Below the pieces are notes generated by a model that had not been told where the DNA came from, ran no database searches, and saw only the letters and a list, made by a program, of their open reading frames with translations. Made by a program: the position numbers and the translations under genes. Positions 10,701 through 22,079 of a stretch of DNA of 64,000 nt are shown here, one piece after another (position 1 is the stretch's first letter; each line of letters opens with the position of its first letter). This DNA is from Anthoceros angustus (taxonomy: Eukaryota > Plantae > Anthocerotophyta). The stretch is taken from positions 868,001 to 932,000 of the forward strand of contig MU008161.1 in the NCBI GenBank assembly GCA_010909165.1, in the 5' to 3' direction.

Positions 10701-13700
10701 CATGCGGACCCCACAGCGATTCGGACAGGCGCCTTCCGCCCAGTGATTACTTCCACAAGCGCCAAGGAGGGAGGTCATTTATTGCGCCTCGACAATCCTC
10801 ACGGTCCCTTGCGCTCCGCAATCCGGCTCTCTGGCTATCTTTTGGGCGTCGGCTTAGAGCGTGGCGCACCGTCAAGGTTGGAGCGTGAGCGAAGGAGGAA
10901 CATCGTGCCCGGCGGACTCCGGCCAGCCCGGCAACAAGAGGAGGAAAGCAATGGCACCCAAAAGCCGCGGAATCAGGGAGCCATGGACCCTCGTGGAGCG
11001 CAACATTGTGACCCGCGCTATCCGGACTTGACCTGGCCGGAGGAAGCGGGGAATTGGTGCAGAGTGGCATCCGGACGTGTTCCAAATGGTCCGGACCTTT
11101 GACAACGTCACTCTAGTCCGGAGTTTGCCCGGAAGATCTTGGCGATCAACAAGGAGGTCCGATCCAAGAACCTCCGGAGGACCGAGGCGATGGACCTTGG
11201 AGGTCCCGAGGATGGCCTACAACCGAAGGAGGAAGAAGGGGCGTGGTGCAGGCCCCTTAAGGCGAAGGGAAGATAGGGCCACGCCACGAGGCGAACGCAG
11301 GACAACCAACGGATGGTTGATATCCGATCTGGCGATCGAGTAAGGGCGTAGCCCGGATCATTGTCCATTGGAACGCTCACCAAGGTGGATCACCTTGGTG
11401 ATAACCTGTATTCTGCATGCGCTCCAGTGAGGAAAGAGCGGTGGGAAGGATTATCTTCGCCGGTTCGATCGGGGAGCGCAAGCTAAGGAGCGAAGCCCTC
11501 GCCATCGGGGTGACCCCATACACGATTCATGTATGGGGACATTTCGAGCTCTGAAGGAGGGAGAGCTTGAGCGGGCGCTCGGAAGGGGTGGAGGCCCCGA
11601 GTAGGCGTGCAAGGGCGCCTGAGGTGGGGGTCCTTGAAGACCAAGCGGACTCGGGAGGAGGGCGGGAGGATTCCGGACTCCATACGTGAGCGAACCCCTC
11701 ACCACCTGTGAAGTTTGGGCGATTCCCCTTCCTCCTTTTGGTGCCCCTCGGGCGGCCGGAGGGAGGCGATCGGGAGGCGTTGGCGGCTCCGGCACCGCAG
11801 ACAGACCAACAACCACGGCCGGCTGAGCCCAGCGAACTCGGGGGAGCCGAAGAGGCGGAAGACGGTGCCGCCTACACCTCGGAAGGTGCGGTACCTTACC
11901 CACCCAGGAGTAAGAGGTGAAGAGGTGGAGGCGAGAAAGGGGCCCAAGGAGCGGAGGTCACCAGCCACCGAGGTCTGTCCCCGACGGAAGGGCAAAAGAG
12001 CTTGCTCCGGACCCCTCACCTCCTCCGAGCCCCGGAGAAAGAGGGCACAAAGGAGTTAGAGGCCAAGAGGGCCAAGAGGGTGACTCGACTCACCACTGTG
12101 ACCGAGGGTCCCGATTAGGTCCGAGAACCCCCCGACTCTTATCAAGGTATGGAGGTCCTTGGCGATCGAGAAATGCCGGCCCCACTACGGACTTTGTGGG
12201 GCCTCACCGCGGCCGTGGAAGAAACACGGCGAAGTCTGCCACTATGGACGGAATGCTTTGGGGTCTCTGGTACATGGAGAAGACCTGTGGAAGTGGAGGC
12301 CACCCGAGGAGGATGGTGGAACCCAAGAGCAAGTGAAGGCGGCCGAGGGCAAAGGAAAAGGCGGAGTCCCTCGCCGGATCGAGGAAGGGAAACGCCGGGT
12401 GGCGGAGCGAGGCCCCGCGGTTCAGCAGATCGGTTAAGGTTCTTCACAGGCGGTCAAAGCAAGCTCAGAGGCCCAAGCGGGCGGAGGACCTTGCAGCGGA
12501 AGCGCAGCAGAGGCGGAAGAGGCCCGGCACAAGCAGAGAGCTCGACCGGCGGAGGCGGCCCGGCCAGAGCAAGCCAAGTGGGCGAGGCCTAAAGGCGGCA
12601 AGGAGCTCAAGTCCGAAGAGCGACCGGATCACTATGCACGGATCGAACCGTGGAGAGTCACAGCAGCCGAGGTCTAACTCAAGGCCGCACAAAGGAGTTA
12701 GAGGCCAAGAGGGCCAAGAGGGCCAAGACTCGGGAGATAGAGGATCTCCAGCACATAGGAAGGTAGAAGGAGGCGCAGATGGAGGACAAGAAGGACACGC
12801 CGAGCTACAACCCAAGATGCGCTTGAGCAGTGATTCTCAACGAGAATCCACCACTCGAGCACGAAACAGAGTGCCTCCGTCAAGACGGAGGAAAATCGGC
12901 GACTATCCAAGGAGTTGGACGCTGCTGTGCCATGTATGAGCCGGAGGAAGTCCGAGCCTGACGGAGGTATCCGATCCGCCGATCCGAGTAAGGGCGTAGC
13001 CCGGATCATTGTCCATTGAACTCGCCACCAAGGTGGATCACCTTGGTGATAACTCGCTGGTATTCTCGCATGCGCCCAATGGGAAGAGAGCGACGGGAAG
13101 GATTATCTTCGCCTGCCTGGGCCAGAGGCACGCAAGCTAAGGAGCGAGAAGCCTCGCCATCGGTCGACCCCATACCGATTCATGTATGGGGACATTTCGA
13201 GCTCAAGGAGGGAGAGCTTGAGCGGCGCCCAAGGGGCCGGAGGCCCCGCTGTAGAGAGCGCAAGGGCGCCTGAGGTGGGGGTCGCCCTTCAAGACCAAGC
13301 GGACTCGGGAGGAGGACGATCGAGGATTCCTGACTCACGCTGAGCGAACCCCTCACCACCTGTGGAAGTTTGGGAGGCGATTCCCCTTCCTCCTTTTGGT
13401 GCCCTCCGAGCAAGATGAGGGAGCCGATGCCGGAGGGCGCGGCTCCGCACCGCAGTAACAACAACAACCACGACGGGCCGCCGAGCCCCGACGAACCGGG
13501 AGCCAAGAGGCGAAGACGGTGCTTACCAACGCAAAGACCTCGAAGGTGCCAGACTTACCCCCGCCCACGAGTGGCAAGAGGTCAAGAGGCGTAAGGAGGG
13601 CAGAAGGGACGCAAGGAGTGGAGGTCACGGCAGCAGCCCCACCTCGAGCCGGCCCCTGCCCCGGCTGTGAAGGCAAAAGAGCTTGCTCCCCCTCACCTCC

Positions 13701-16374
13701 TCCGAGCCCTGTGGAGAAAGAGGGCACAAAGGAGTTAGAGGCCAAGAGGGCCAAGAGGGTGAGACTGACTCACCACTGTGACCGAGGGTCCCGATTAGGT
13801 CCGAGAACCCACCCCGACTTACTCGGATCAAGGTATGGAGGTCCTCGGATCGAGAAATGCCTCCCACTACGGACTTTGTGGGGCCTCATCACGTGGAAGA
13901 AACACGGCGAAGTCCTGCCACCGCCATGGACGGAATGCTTTGGGGTCTCTGGTACATGGAGAGAAGACCTGTGAAGTGGAGGCCACCCGAGGAGGATGGT
14001 GGAACCCAAGAGCAAGGCGCCGAGGGGCAAAGGAAAAGGCGGAGTCCCTCGCCGGATCGAGGAAGGGAAACGCCGGGTGGCGGAGCGAGGCCCGGTTCAG
14101 ACTGGGTTAAGGTTCTTCACCAGGCAGCAAGCTCTGGGAGGCCCAAGCGGAGGACCTTGCAGTAAGAGGGAAGCGCAGCAGAGGCGGAAGAGGCCCGGCA
14201 CAAGCAGAGAGCTCGACTGGAGGCGGCCCGGCCAGAGGCCAAGGGCGAGGCCTATAAAGGCGGCGAAGGAGTCAAGCCGGCAAAAGAGCGACCGGATCAC
14301 CATGACGTGATCGAACCGTGGAGAGAGTCGCAGCAATGAAAACCTGGGCGTGACAAAGGCTATGGAGGTGCAGGCCAAGACTCGGGAGATAGAGGATCTC
14401 CGAGTACAGCAGGAGGTAGAAGGAGGCGGCAGATGGAGGACAAGAAGGACACGCTGGAGCTACAACCCAAGATGCGCTTGAGCAGCAGTGATTCTCAACG
14501 AGAATCCACGACCGAGCACGAAGCAGTGCCTCGGCTCCGTCAAGACGGAGGAAAATCGGCGACTATCCAAGGAGTTGGACGCTGCTGTGCATGTATGAGC
14601 CGGAGGAAGTCCGAGCCTGACGGAGGTATCCGACCGCCGAGAGGGAGTCATGAGCTAAAGGCCGTAATGAACGGAGGAGCGCGAGCACGGAAGCGTAAAA
14701 GGCCGTCCACCGAGAAAGGCGGAAGGGAACGCCGCGCTATGGCGGTAAGTCGGCAAAGAGGAAACGACGGAGCCGGAGCAGTGAGCAAATGGCACTGCAG
14801 GAGGTGACCGAGGCCGCCTTGTAGCCTCACGTGATACAGCCCCCAACAGGTGAGGTGGCCCAACAAGGCAAAGACGCCTCCCAACACTTATGGCGGAGGG
14901 AGTCGGTGCTGCACACGTGGAAGAGGCAATTCAACAAGTCGATCTGACTTTGCCTATTACCACGAGCCCCGAAGCGAGAAGCCTCGACACCACAGACGGA
15001 CCCCTGGAAGGCTCAAGGAGATGAAGGCCACGGGAGACAGGGACCCTAGTGGCCCTGCTTGGAGATGACGGAGCGCGAGAGGAGCAACCGAGGAGCGAAC
15101 GAGGGAGCGCGGATGCGATCGAGGTAAGCACCCCGCACCTCACCATGGAAGGAGGGCCAACGAAGGAGTCACCGGGCGATCGGGAATGGGAGGACTTCGA
15201 GGAGAGCCACGGAGGAGTCCCGTGAGGGAGGAAACCCGGTGGCGTGAGTCCGACTTTGTCCGGACTCAGGGAGGCCGGACCAAGTCCGGACCAAGTCCGA
15301 CAAGTCCGGACCAGAATAAGTCCGACCGTCCGTAATAAGTCCGGACCAAGTCCGGACCAAGTCCGGACCCCGTAATAAGTCCGGACCAAGTCCGGACCAA
15401 GTCCGGACCAGAATAAGCCGACTCGTTCGTGAGTCGAGACAGACCTCGAGGACCGGCCAAGGCAAGAAGGAGGAGCCCCTTCGACTTACGCTTAGGGGAG
15501 CCGATAATGGCCCCACCGGCGGGACCTGTGGAGGGGCCAGGGAGGATGACGCCGGTAACGCGCCGATCCGCCAGAGCCCAACCCGATGTGATTCCGGAGA
15601 GGAGGGGCCCGCCTCACGGATCATCCGATTGGGTGCACCACAACCGCTGACGGGATTGGACCACCCATTCCGAGGCGGCCTGTGACCTTCCCACCCCTAC
15701 AATGGCGAAGGAGATAGGGGGGGATAGGCCGGTAGGCGATTAGGGTATACCGAATATCACGCCGTAATAGGGGTGTAATAAAGACGCCACCTTGGGCGCA
15801 GATAAGAGGGGCCGAGCCTAGTAAAGCATCTTTCTCTTGGTGTTGATGCCGCTCTGCACCTTTGTGAGTCTTCTTGCTAACGTGAGTCCCGAGTCACCGA
15901 AAGGTGCACGGCCCGGGAGATTGATCAAGGTCCCGTGACGGACTTAACGCGCTGTGTGCGTGAAGGGTGACCGTGATCCGTGTCCGAGCCGCGTCCGACA
16001 CCGAACTGACCGAACGCGTGAGCCGGAGGAACTCCGGAGGGTGTAGAGCCCGGACGAGAGGCCCATGAACGAGAGGAGGTCCGATCAGAACCCGCGTTTT
16101 TCTAAGATCAAGAGTGTAGCGTGAGAGAGAGGAAAGGATCGATGCGTGAGGATGTATGTGAACGATACGGACGCGAACGGGTCCTTAAACGCTTGGCCAT
16201 ACCGGGCTCAGACGGTGAACGCCAGAGTAGAAGTTAGGAGTATGTGTGTGAGACGAACGAGCGCTAAGGACTAAGAATCACCAAACGCGTAAACCTATCA
16301 TTCCCTTTGGGAACGGACTTCTTCCTACAACGACACGGATTGTGCGCTACCGGCCATCAAAAAGTCCCGCCACA
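7704..16374 (+). repeat. 5' LTR, expanded to 8.7 kb by three internal duplications (jumps near 9111, 10468, 12970)
   Basis: Colinear in segments with the middle LTR. Ends AAAAGTCCCGCCACA directly before the PBS. Confidence 0.8.
15247..15425. repeat. ~11-bp tandem array (CAAGTCCGGAC), palindromic core GTCCGGAC, in LTR1
   Basis: caagtccggaccaagtccgacaagtccggacc...aagtccggaccaagtccggaccaagtccggacc; roughly ten units. Confidence 0.9.
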
Positions 16375-16377
16375 TTT

Positions 16378-16395
16378 TGGCGCCGCTGCCGGGAA
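16378..16395 (+). other. Primer-binding site, tRNA-Asp type
   Basis: TGGCGCCGCTGCCGGGAA 3 nt after the LTR-terminal CA, close to the Athila-type tRNA-Asp PBS TGGCGCCGTTGCCGGGGA. Degenerate copy at ~26255. Confidence 0.8.
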
Positions 16396-16493
16396 TGAAA
16401 TCGTCTGGTGCCGCAGTGCGCCCCAGGGAAGAGAAGGTAAGTGAATGCGTGGCGTCGAGCGACGGCCAAGAGTGAACCGTCAGAGGATCGGAC

Positions 16494-19400
16494 GTGGTCA
16501 CCTCGCGTCTCCGAGCCGTGGAGAGGGAGAGACGCCAAACCCAACGAGAGCACCGCCGATCGAGGAGGGAGAACGTGGTCGAATTGTCGGACCAAGACGA
16601 GTACGGGGTACGAGGGACGCCAACGGAAGAAGGTAGGACACCCACGCCTAACCCATCGATGCAGCCATGGCCCCTACCGACCAAACAAGCGACTCCATAT
16701 TCGGAGGGAAGAAGGAGCGGATGCGAGACCTTTGTGGAGGACTTCGTGTCCAAAGCCAACTTCAACGGAGAGGGAGCCGACCATCCAGCTTTTCCAAGGG
16801 GTTCTCCGAGGAACCGCTCAATGGTATCGGAGAAAGTACCGACCACGGAGAATGCCCCACCCGCCTCGCTTGAAGCTTTGAAAATGCCTTCTTAGAACGG
16901 TTTCGAGGATCGACCAGTGAGGGGTATGTATTATCAAAGTTGGAAAACTGCGAGGGAAGAAGGAGAAGCCGGGCTCAGACATCGCGGTTCTATGCCCGAG
17001 GATCGGCATCCAACCCATACCACGATGCAAGCAGACGCGGTTCGCGCTAGCCAAACCCATGGCTGTGCACGCCCCGCCGCCGAGAAGGACGTGGGCAAGG
17101 CGGTCAGGCGGCGAAAACTACGAGGAATCGCTACATCGAGGATAAAGAACCGCCAAGGAGGCAAGAAGAAGAAGAAGAAACGGGGTTCAGACTCCGAGGA
17201 GGAAGAGTCTTCAGAGGAGGAGGAAGACCAATCGGAGGTGTCTTCGGAGGAGGAGCAGTCGTCCGAAGAAGAGACGGAGGTCTCTAGCGAGGAAGAGTAT
17301 CCCCGCAAGAAGAAGAGCAAGAAGGCCCCGGCTAAAAAGAAGCAGGGTAAGAAGGAGGTGGTGACACCAGCACCGGTCCGAGAAGCTCCACGGACCCGAC
17401 TCCCTCAAAGGAGGTAGCTGTCCGGAGGACCCGGTGATAAAGAGAGTAGAGGACCGCGAAACCAGTTAAGGACCGAGAGCGCGGAAAACACCGACTACGG
17501 CGAACGCATCTCGTGTGCCGGTGCCAAGAACACGGCCATTCGAATCAACCGCCCCTCAAGGCCGCATCAAGTGGACTACGAATACGAGGAGGAGGCCGAG
17601 GAGCAATGGGAAGAGGCCTATCAGTGTGAAGCCCTCCGGGCCGCGATATCCCAAAACCATGTATCCGCCAACCGGAGGTCCACAATACAACGAGCCCCAC
17701 CGATGCAAAGACCGCATGGGAGCCCCTTCGTATCCTCCGCAGACGTGGTCCGCTGGAACCGCGGAATCGCCATTACTCCAACGCGTGTCCGCACTCAACG
17801 AGGCAGGTGGTAATGGGGACTTCGAGCGGTGCCGCAAGCGGGGCATATGACAGACGCTATGTCCCAACCCCGACAAGGACGGTACGATATGCCACACCAA
17901 GCGGAGAACCCCGACCACCAACGCCACCTCCTAAGACTACTGTGACGGCAAGTCAAGATGCTCCATGGAGGAAGAGATTCCAGGTACGCGAGATGGAAAA
18001 GAACAAGAAGGTACGGTGAAGTCGAAGGAAATCTTGAGGTGTCATCAGAGGAAGAAGGAGCGACGAGAAAGGCGCTTGAAGAAGAACAAGATCGAGGAAG
18101 GCCATGACGCCGAGGAAGGCAATCAAACCAAATACCAGCAGAGGATCCGACCGATGAAGGAGGGCTGGACAGCCCGCCGAGGGATTACCCAAGGAAGTTC
18201 TCCCAGACAGATGTGGAGAAGGGAACGGTGCCTCCGCGACCGACGTTAGCTTCCACGGACGTAGTCCGGAGGTGACCGAGATGTTGCAGGAGGAAATGCG
18301 CAAGCATCCGGAGAATACCGTAACACGGTGACCCGGGAGAGGATGAGGACGCAGCAGGATCCTCGATTGGGGTAGAAGCCTCCCCTTTAATGTGGCGACC
18401 GATGATGAATCGAAGACGTCCTTTCTACCGCCGAGGATAACCCCAATACAAGAGGTCCGTCGGGCCGTTAGGGGAAACCCATGGAGCACCAAAGCCGTGA
18501 AGGGTAGTGGAAGTGAGGGTGGTGTCCCATACGGACCTGTGGGCGCCAGTGGTACAAGTGGAGATTGGATGTATCATCAAGGATGTACCGCTGGACACGG
18601 GTCCGAGTCAACCTCATCATCAAGCCACGGCACGAAAATTGGGCTTCACATCCTTCGAACCTCAACGAAGACTCGAGAATGGCGTATATGTCAAGAAGAG
18701 ATCCGGGGAGTTAACCGAGTCTTGGCCACCATAGCCGGCACCCTACAACCGGATTTTGTTGTGATCAAACCGGCCGGACCATTAGGGTATGAGGTGTTGC
18801 GGGCCATGGGTTGGCCTGCAAAGCTACACTTTGGAAGGAAGGAGATTCACTTCAAGCCGGTGGACCGGGACCCTAAGGTGCGAGAAGGGAGGGTTGCTAT
18901 CACCGGAGCAAGGACACCTATTGTGGGAAACTGTGAGCACTAAGGGTATACCTCGGAGGACTCCACCGACGAAACAAGATAGTTCCGAGGAGGCGACTTT
19001 CGCCAAGATCCGCCGGTCCGAGGAGGAGATGGACTACTCATGGATGCCTTGGAAGTGATTGATTGTTTTCGAGTAAACGCCACAACGGGCCGGAGGAAGG
19101 AAGTGAAGAGGAGGTCGGACCAAAGACAAGGGGAGACAACAAGAGTCGGACCAAGGAAAAGCGGACATCAAGGAGTAACACGATTCACCTCCGACGAGCT
19201 CTTCAGAATGGGGATGCGAGAGGACGATCCCCGAGAGGAGGACGAGGGTTTGGACGCACGAGAGACGGAACGGGAGAGTGAACCCGGACGACGGAAGAAG
19301 TGGAGGTCCGCCAAAATTCAAGTTTAAGAAAGGCATGCCTCCGGACCAAGGAAGGACTAAAGCAACCTGGGGAGTTTTATGAGGTGTTCGCCTTCAAGGT

Positions 19401-21892
19401 CACGGACATGAAGGGCATTCAAGAAGTGGGAGAGCATAAGATCGATTTGAAGCCGAGCGGTGCCCCGAATCCGACAATACAAGCTCAACCCCAAGTATTC
19501 GATCAAGGTGAAGGAGGTCCTTGATAAGTACCGGAGGCAGACATCATTTTCCCCATCCAAATGAGTGGGTCGCTACCGATTGTGGTGGTCCCAAACAACA
19601 GACAAATTGTGATGCAAGATTGGAGGAAGCTCAACGCCGCGGAGAAGGACCACTTCCGATGCCATTCAGAGACGACATTTTGGACAAGGTGGTCGGACGG
19701 ACTACTTACTCCTTCCGGATGGCTACTCCGGATATAACCAATTGCACCTAAGGGAGTTTGACCGACAAGACGACCTTCACTACGGAGTGGGGTACGCTTG
19801 CCTACAAGAGAAGTGCCTTTGGGATGACCGAGCGCTGTGGTCGCATGCGTATGGTGACCAACGCCTTCCGTGACTTCCGAGGGACTTCATGGAGATATTC
19901 TGGATGATTTTGTGTGCATGGGGAGGGACAAACACCTTGGGCATCTAAGAAGGTGCTTGAGCGCCGGAGACTCAATTGAGCCTACACCCGAGAAATGCTA
20001 CTTTGGAATGACGGAGGGAATCTTGTCGACATCGTGTCGCTGGAATCGAGGTGGACCAGACAAGGTCCGGTCATCCCCTCTCCACCACCGACGAACCTAA
20101 AGGAGCCGAGAGGTTTCGGAATGGTGGGATACTACGGTTTATTAAGGACTTTGCAAGAGGGCTAAGTTGATGTAACATCAAGGAGGAGGTTTGGACCCGT
20201 CAGAGCGAGAGGAGGCCTTCGGATTTAGTAACACCTTGGTAAGCGCACTTCTAAGAGGACCGGATCGAGCAGAAATTTCATGTGTATGTAGATGTGTCCT
20301 TTTGCTATCGGAGTAGTGCCGAGCCGTAAGGACGACAAGCGGGATTATCCCGTATACTACCGGACGACCACCCACGCTGAACGAAAATACACAACTACAG
20401 AGCGCCAAGCACCGGGTATGGTATATGTCCAAGAAATTCGACACTACCTACTACCTGTGAGTTTGTGTTCTATGTAGACCACTTTGCTCAAGCATCCGGT
20501 GAATAAGACGGACCGTCCGGACGGATAGCAAGGTGGATATTGTTGCGCAGGAGTTCACGTCAAGTGGAAACAAGACAAGGGAGGCAAGACCAAAATGCGA
20601 TTTCCACGATTGAAAACAGAGTGTGTTGAGAGATCGTGAAGATGCCCGGATGAGACATTGGTTGCCGCAGAAAGTACAACCGAGGAGCCCACCGACAACC
20701 CCAAGCTACGAGAATCGCAGCAGCGGAAGGAGGCCCGCCCGTCCGACCCACGAAGAAATAGAGTACTGGGAATGGAGCTTCCAAAATGACTCGTGATGAG
20801 GGAGGCATTCGTGCACTATGCTCGACCCTTCGTAATGTACAACGGTGTGTGTCAAATTAGGGCCTGACGGAGTAGAACGAAGGTACTTGCAACCGCAGAG
20901 ACAGGAGTGGCCAAGGGAATGCACGAAGGATTGGGGGTGGACACTACGCAAAGACAGTCACCACCAAAAGATTTTAGGCGGGATCTTGGTGGCCAACAAT
21001 GTATGGGGACACCCACCGCTTAGAAGAAGTGTGATGCTTGTCACGGATCGGAAGCCAACCCCGACGACACAGGCCGCTAGTACCGATATTGGCACCGCAC
21101 CTTCAAAAGTGGGGTATTGACTTTGTTGGACCTATACCACGACAAGACACACACAAAGGAGATACATCCCGGTGGCAACGGACCATCGCACTGTGGGTAG
21201 AGGCGGCGACAAGAACGGACTCGCAAATACCGTGGCCAAATTCGCACGAGAACATCATAACCCGCACGGATGTCCGTAGCTTGGTAAGTGATAGGGGAAC
21301 CCATTTCCTTAATGATGTGGTGGCCGCCATGACGGAGTATTTCGCATCAATCATCGCAAGACGGCACCCTACAATCCTAAGGCCAATGGGTCGACAGAGA
21401 AGACAAATGGGCTCATCCGCAGGATCTCGAATAAACTCACGATGAACTACGCCCATGATGATACTGCCATCCGTGACTGTATGCCCGACAGCAGAGAAGG
21501 TGACCACACAACGGACCCTTACTTGACCACGACACTCTCCGTAATGCCGAGAGTTTGAAGTGCCCACTTTTCGAGTAATGATGGAAGGAGACCGATGAGA
21601 GGAAAGCCACCGAGCGACTCTTGGGGTTTGACACGAGGATGGAAGAAGCTCACCGAAGATGCAATGGTGCAAAACCAAAAGATTTGGCACGATCACGATC
21701 GAATCGGAGTATGTAAAGGAAGGGACCCGCCCTCCTTTATGATAGTCGCCACATGCATTTTCCGTGCAAACTTCACCGAGATGGATGGGTCCGCATCAAG
21801 TGGTGCAAGTATATGACAACGGGTCCGGCCCACGGCGCTAGATGGAGAGCCGTTGCCCAGAACGGTGGCGGGTGAAGAAGTATCATGCTTAG
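16494..21892 (+). pseudogene. gag-pol of Gypsy copy 1 (frameshifted in this assembly)
   Basis: Gag with acidic/basic tract and CCHC-like knuckle (~17510). Protease LDTG...YEV(L)LGRPW (~18590-18810). RT EHKIDLKP...EWV.PIVVVPK...DHFPMPFRDDILDKV...DGYSGYNQ...MEIF(L)DDF. RNase H FHVYVD...KYTTTE...FRHYLL. Integrase KWGIDFVGP...LVSDRGTHFLN...NG..EKTNG...WMGP...RVKKYHA* (TAG 21890-21892). The start is approximate. Confidence 0.9.
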
Positions 21893-21910
21893 TGTTGGCG
21901 AGACGCCAAC

Positions 21911-21927
21911 AGATGAGAAGGGGAGTA
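21911..21927 (+). other. Polypurine tract
   Basis: AGATGAGAAGGGGAGTA immediately before the LTR start; also GATGAGAAGGGAGTA before 31771 and the equivalent before 33009. Confidence 0.8.
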
Positions 21928-22079
21928 TGGGCTATGCACTGGGAGTTAAGAAATAAGTAGGGTTTCGCTTTTTAGGATTGAAGGATAAATAAGGCGAAAA
22001 GGAGGAATAAATTGGGGTAGCGCCGGACGAGGCTCCGGAGTATACTCCGACTGGAGTGAACAACGGACCCCGCATTACC

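Noticed and set aside
15247-15425. Short-repeat array as a CRISPR array
   Set aside because: Units are ~11 bp and mostly contiguous, with no unique spacers and no cas genes, in a eukaryotic LTR context.
16378-16395. tRNA gene
   Set aside because: Only the complement of a tRNA 3' end (a PBS); no cloverleaf.
21893-21927. env-like ORF between pol and the 3' LTR
   Set aside because: Only ~35 bp separate the pol stop from the LTR.
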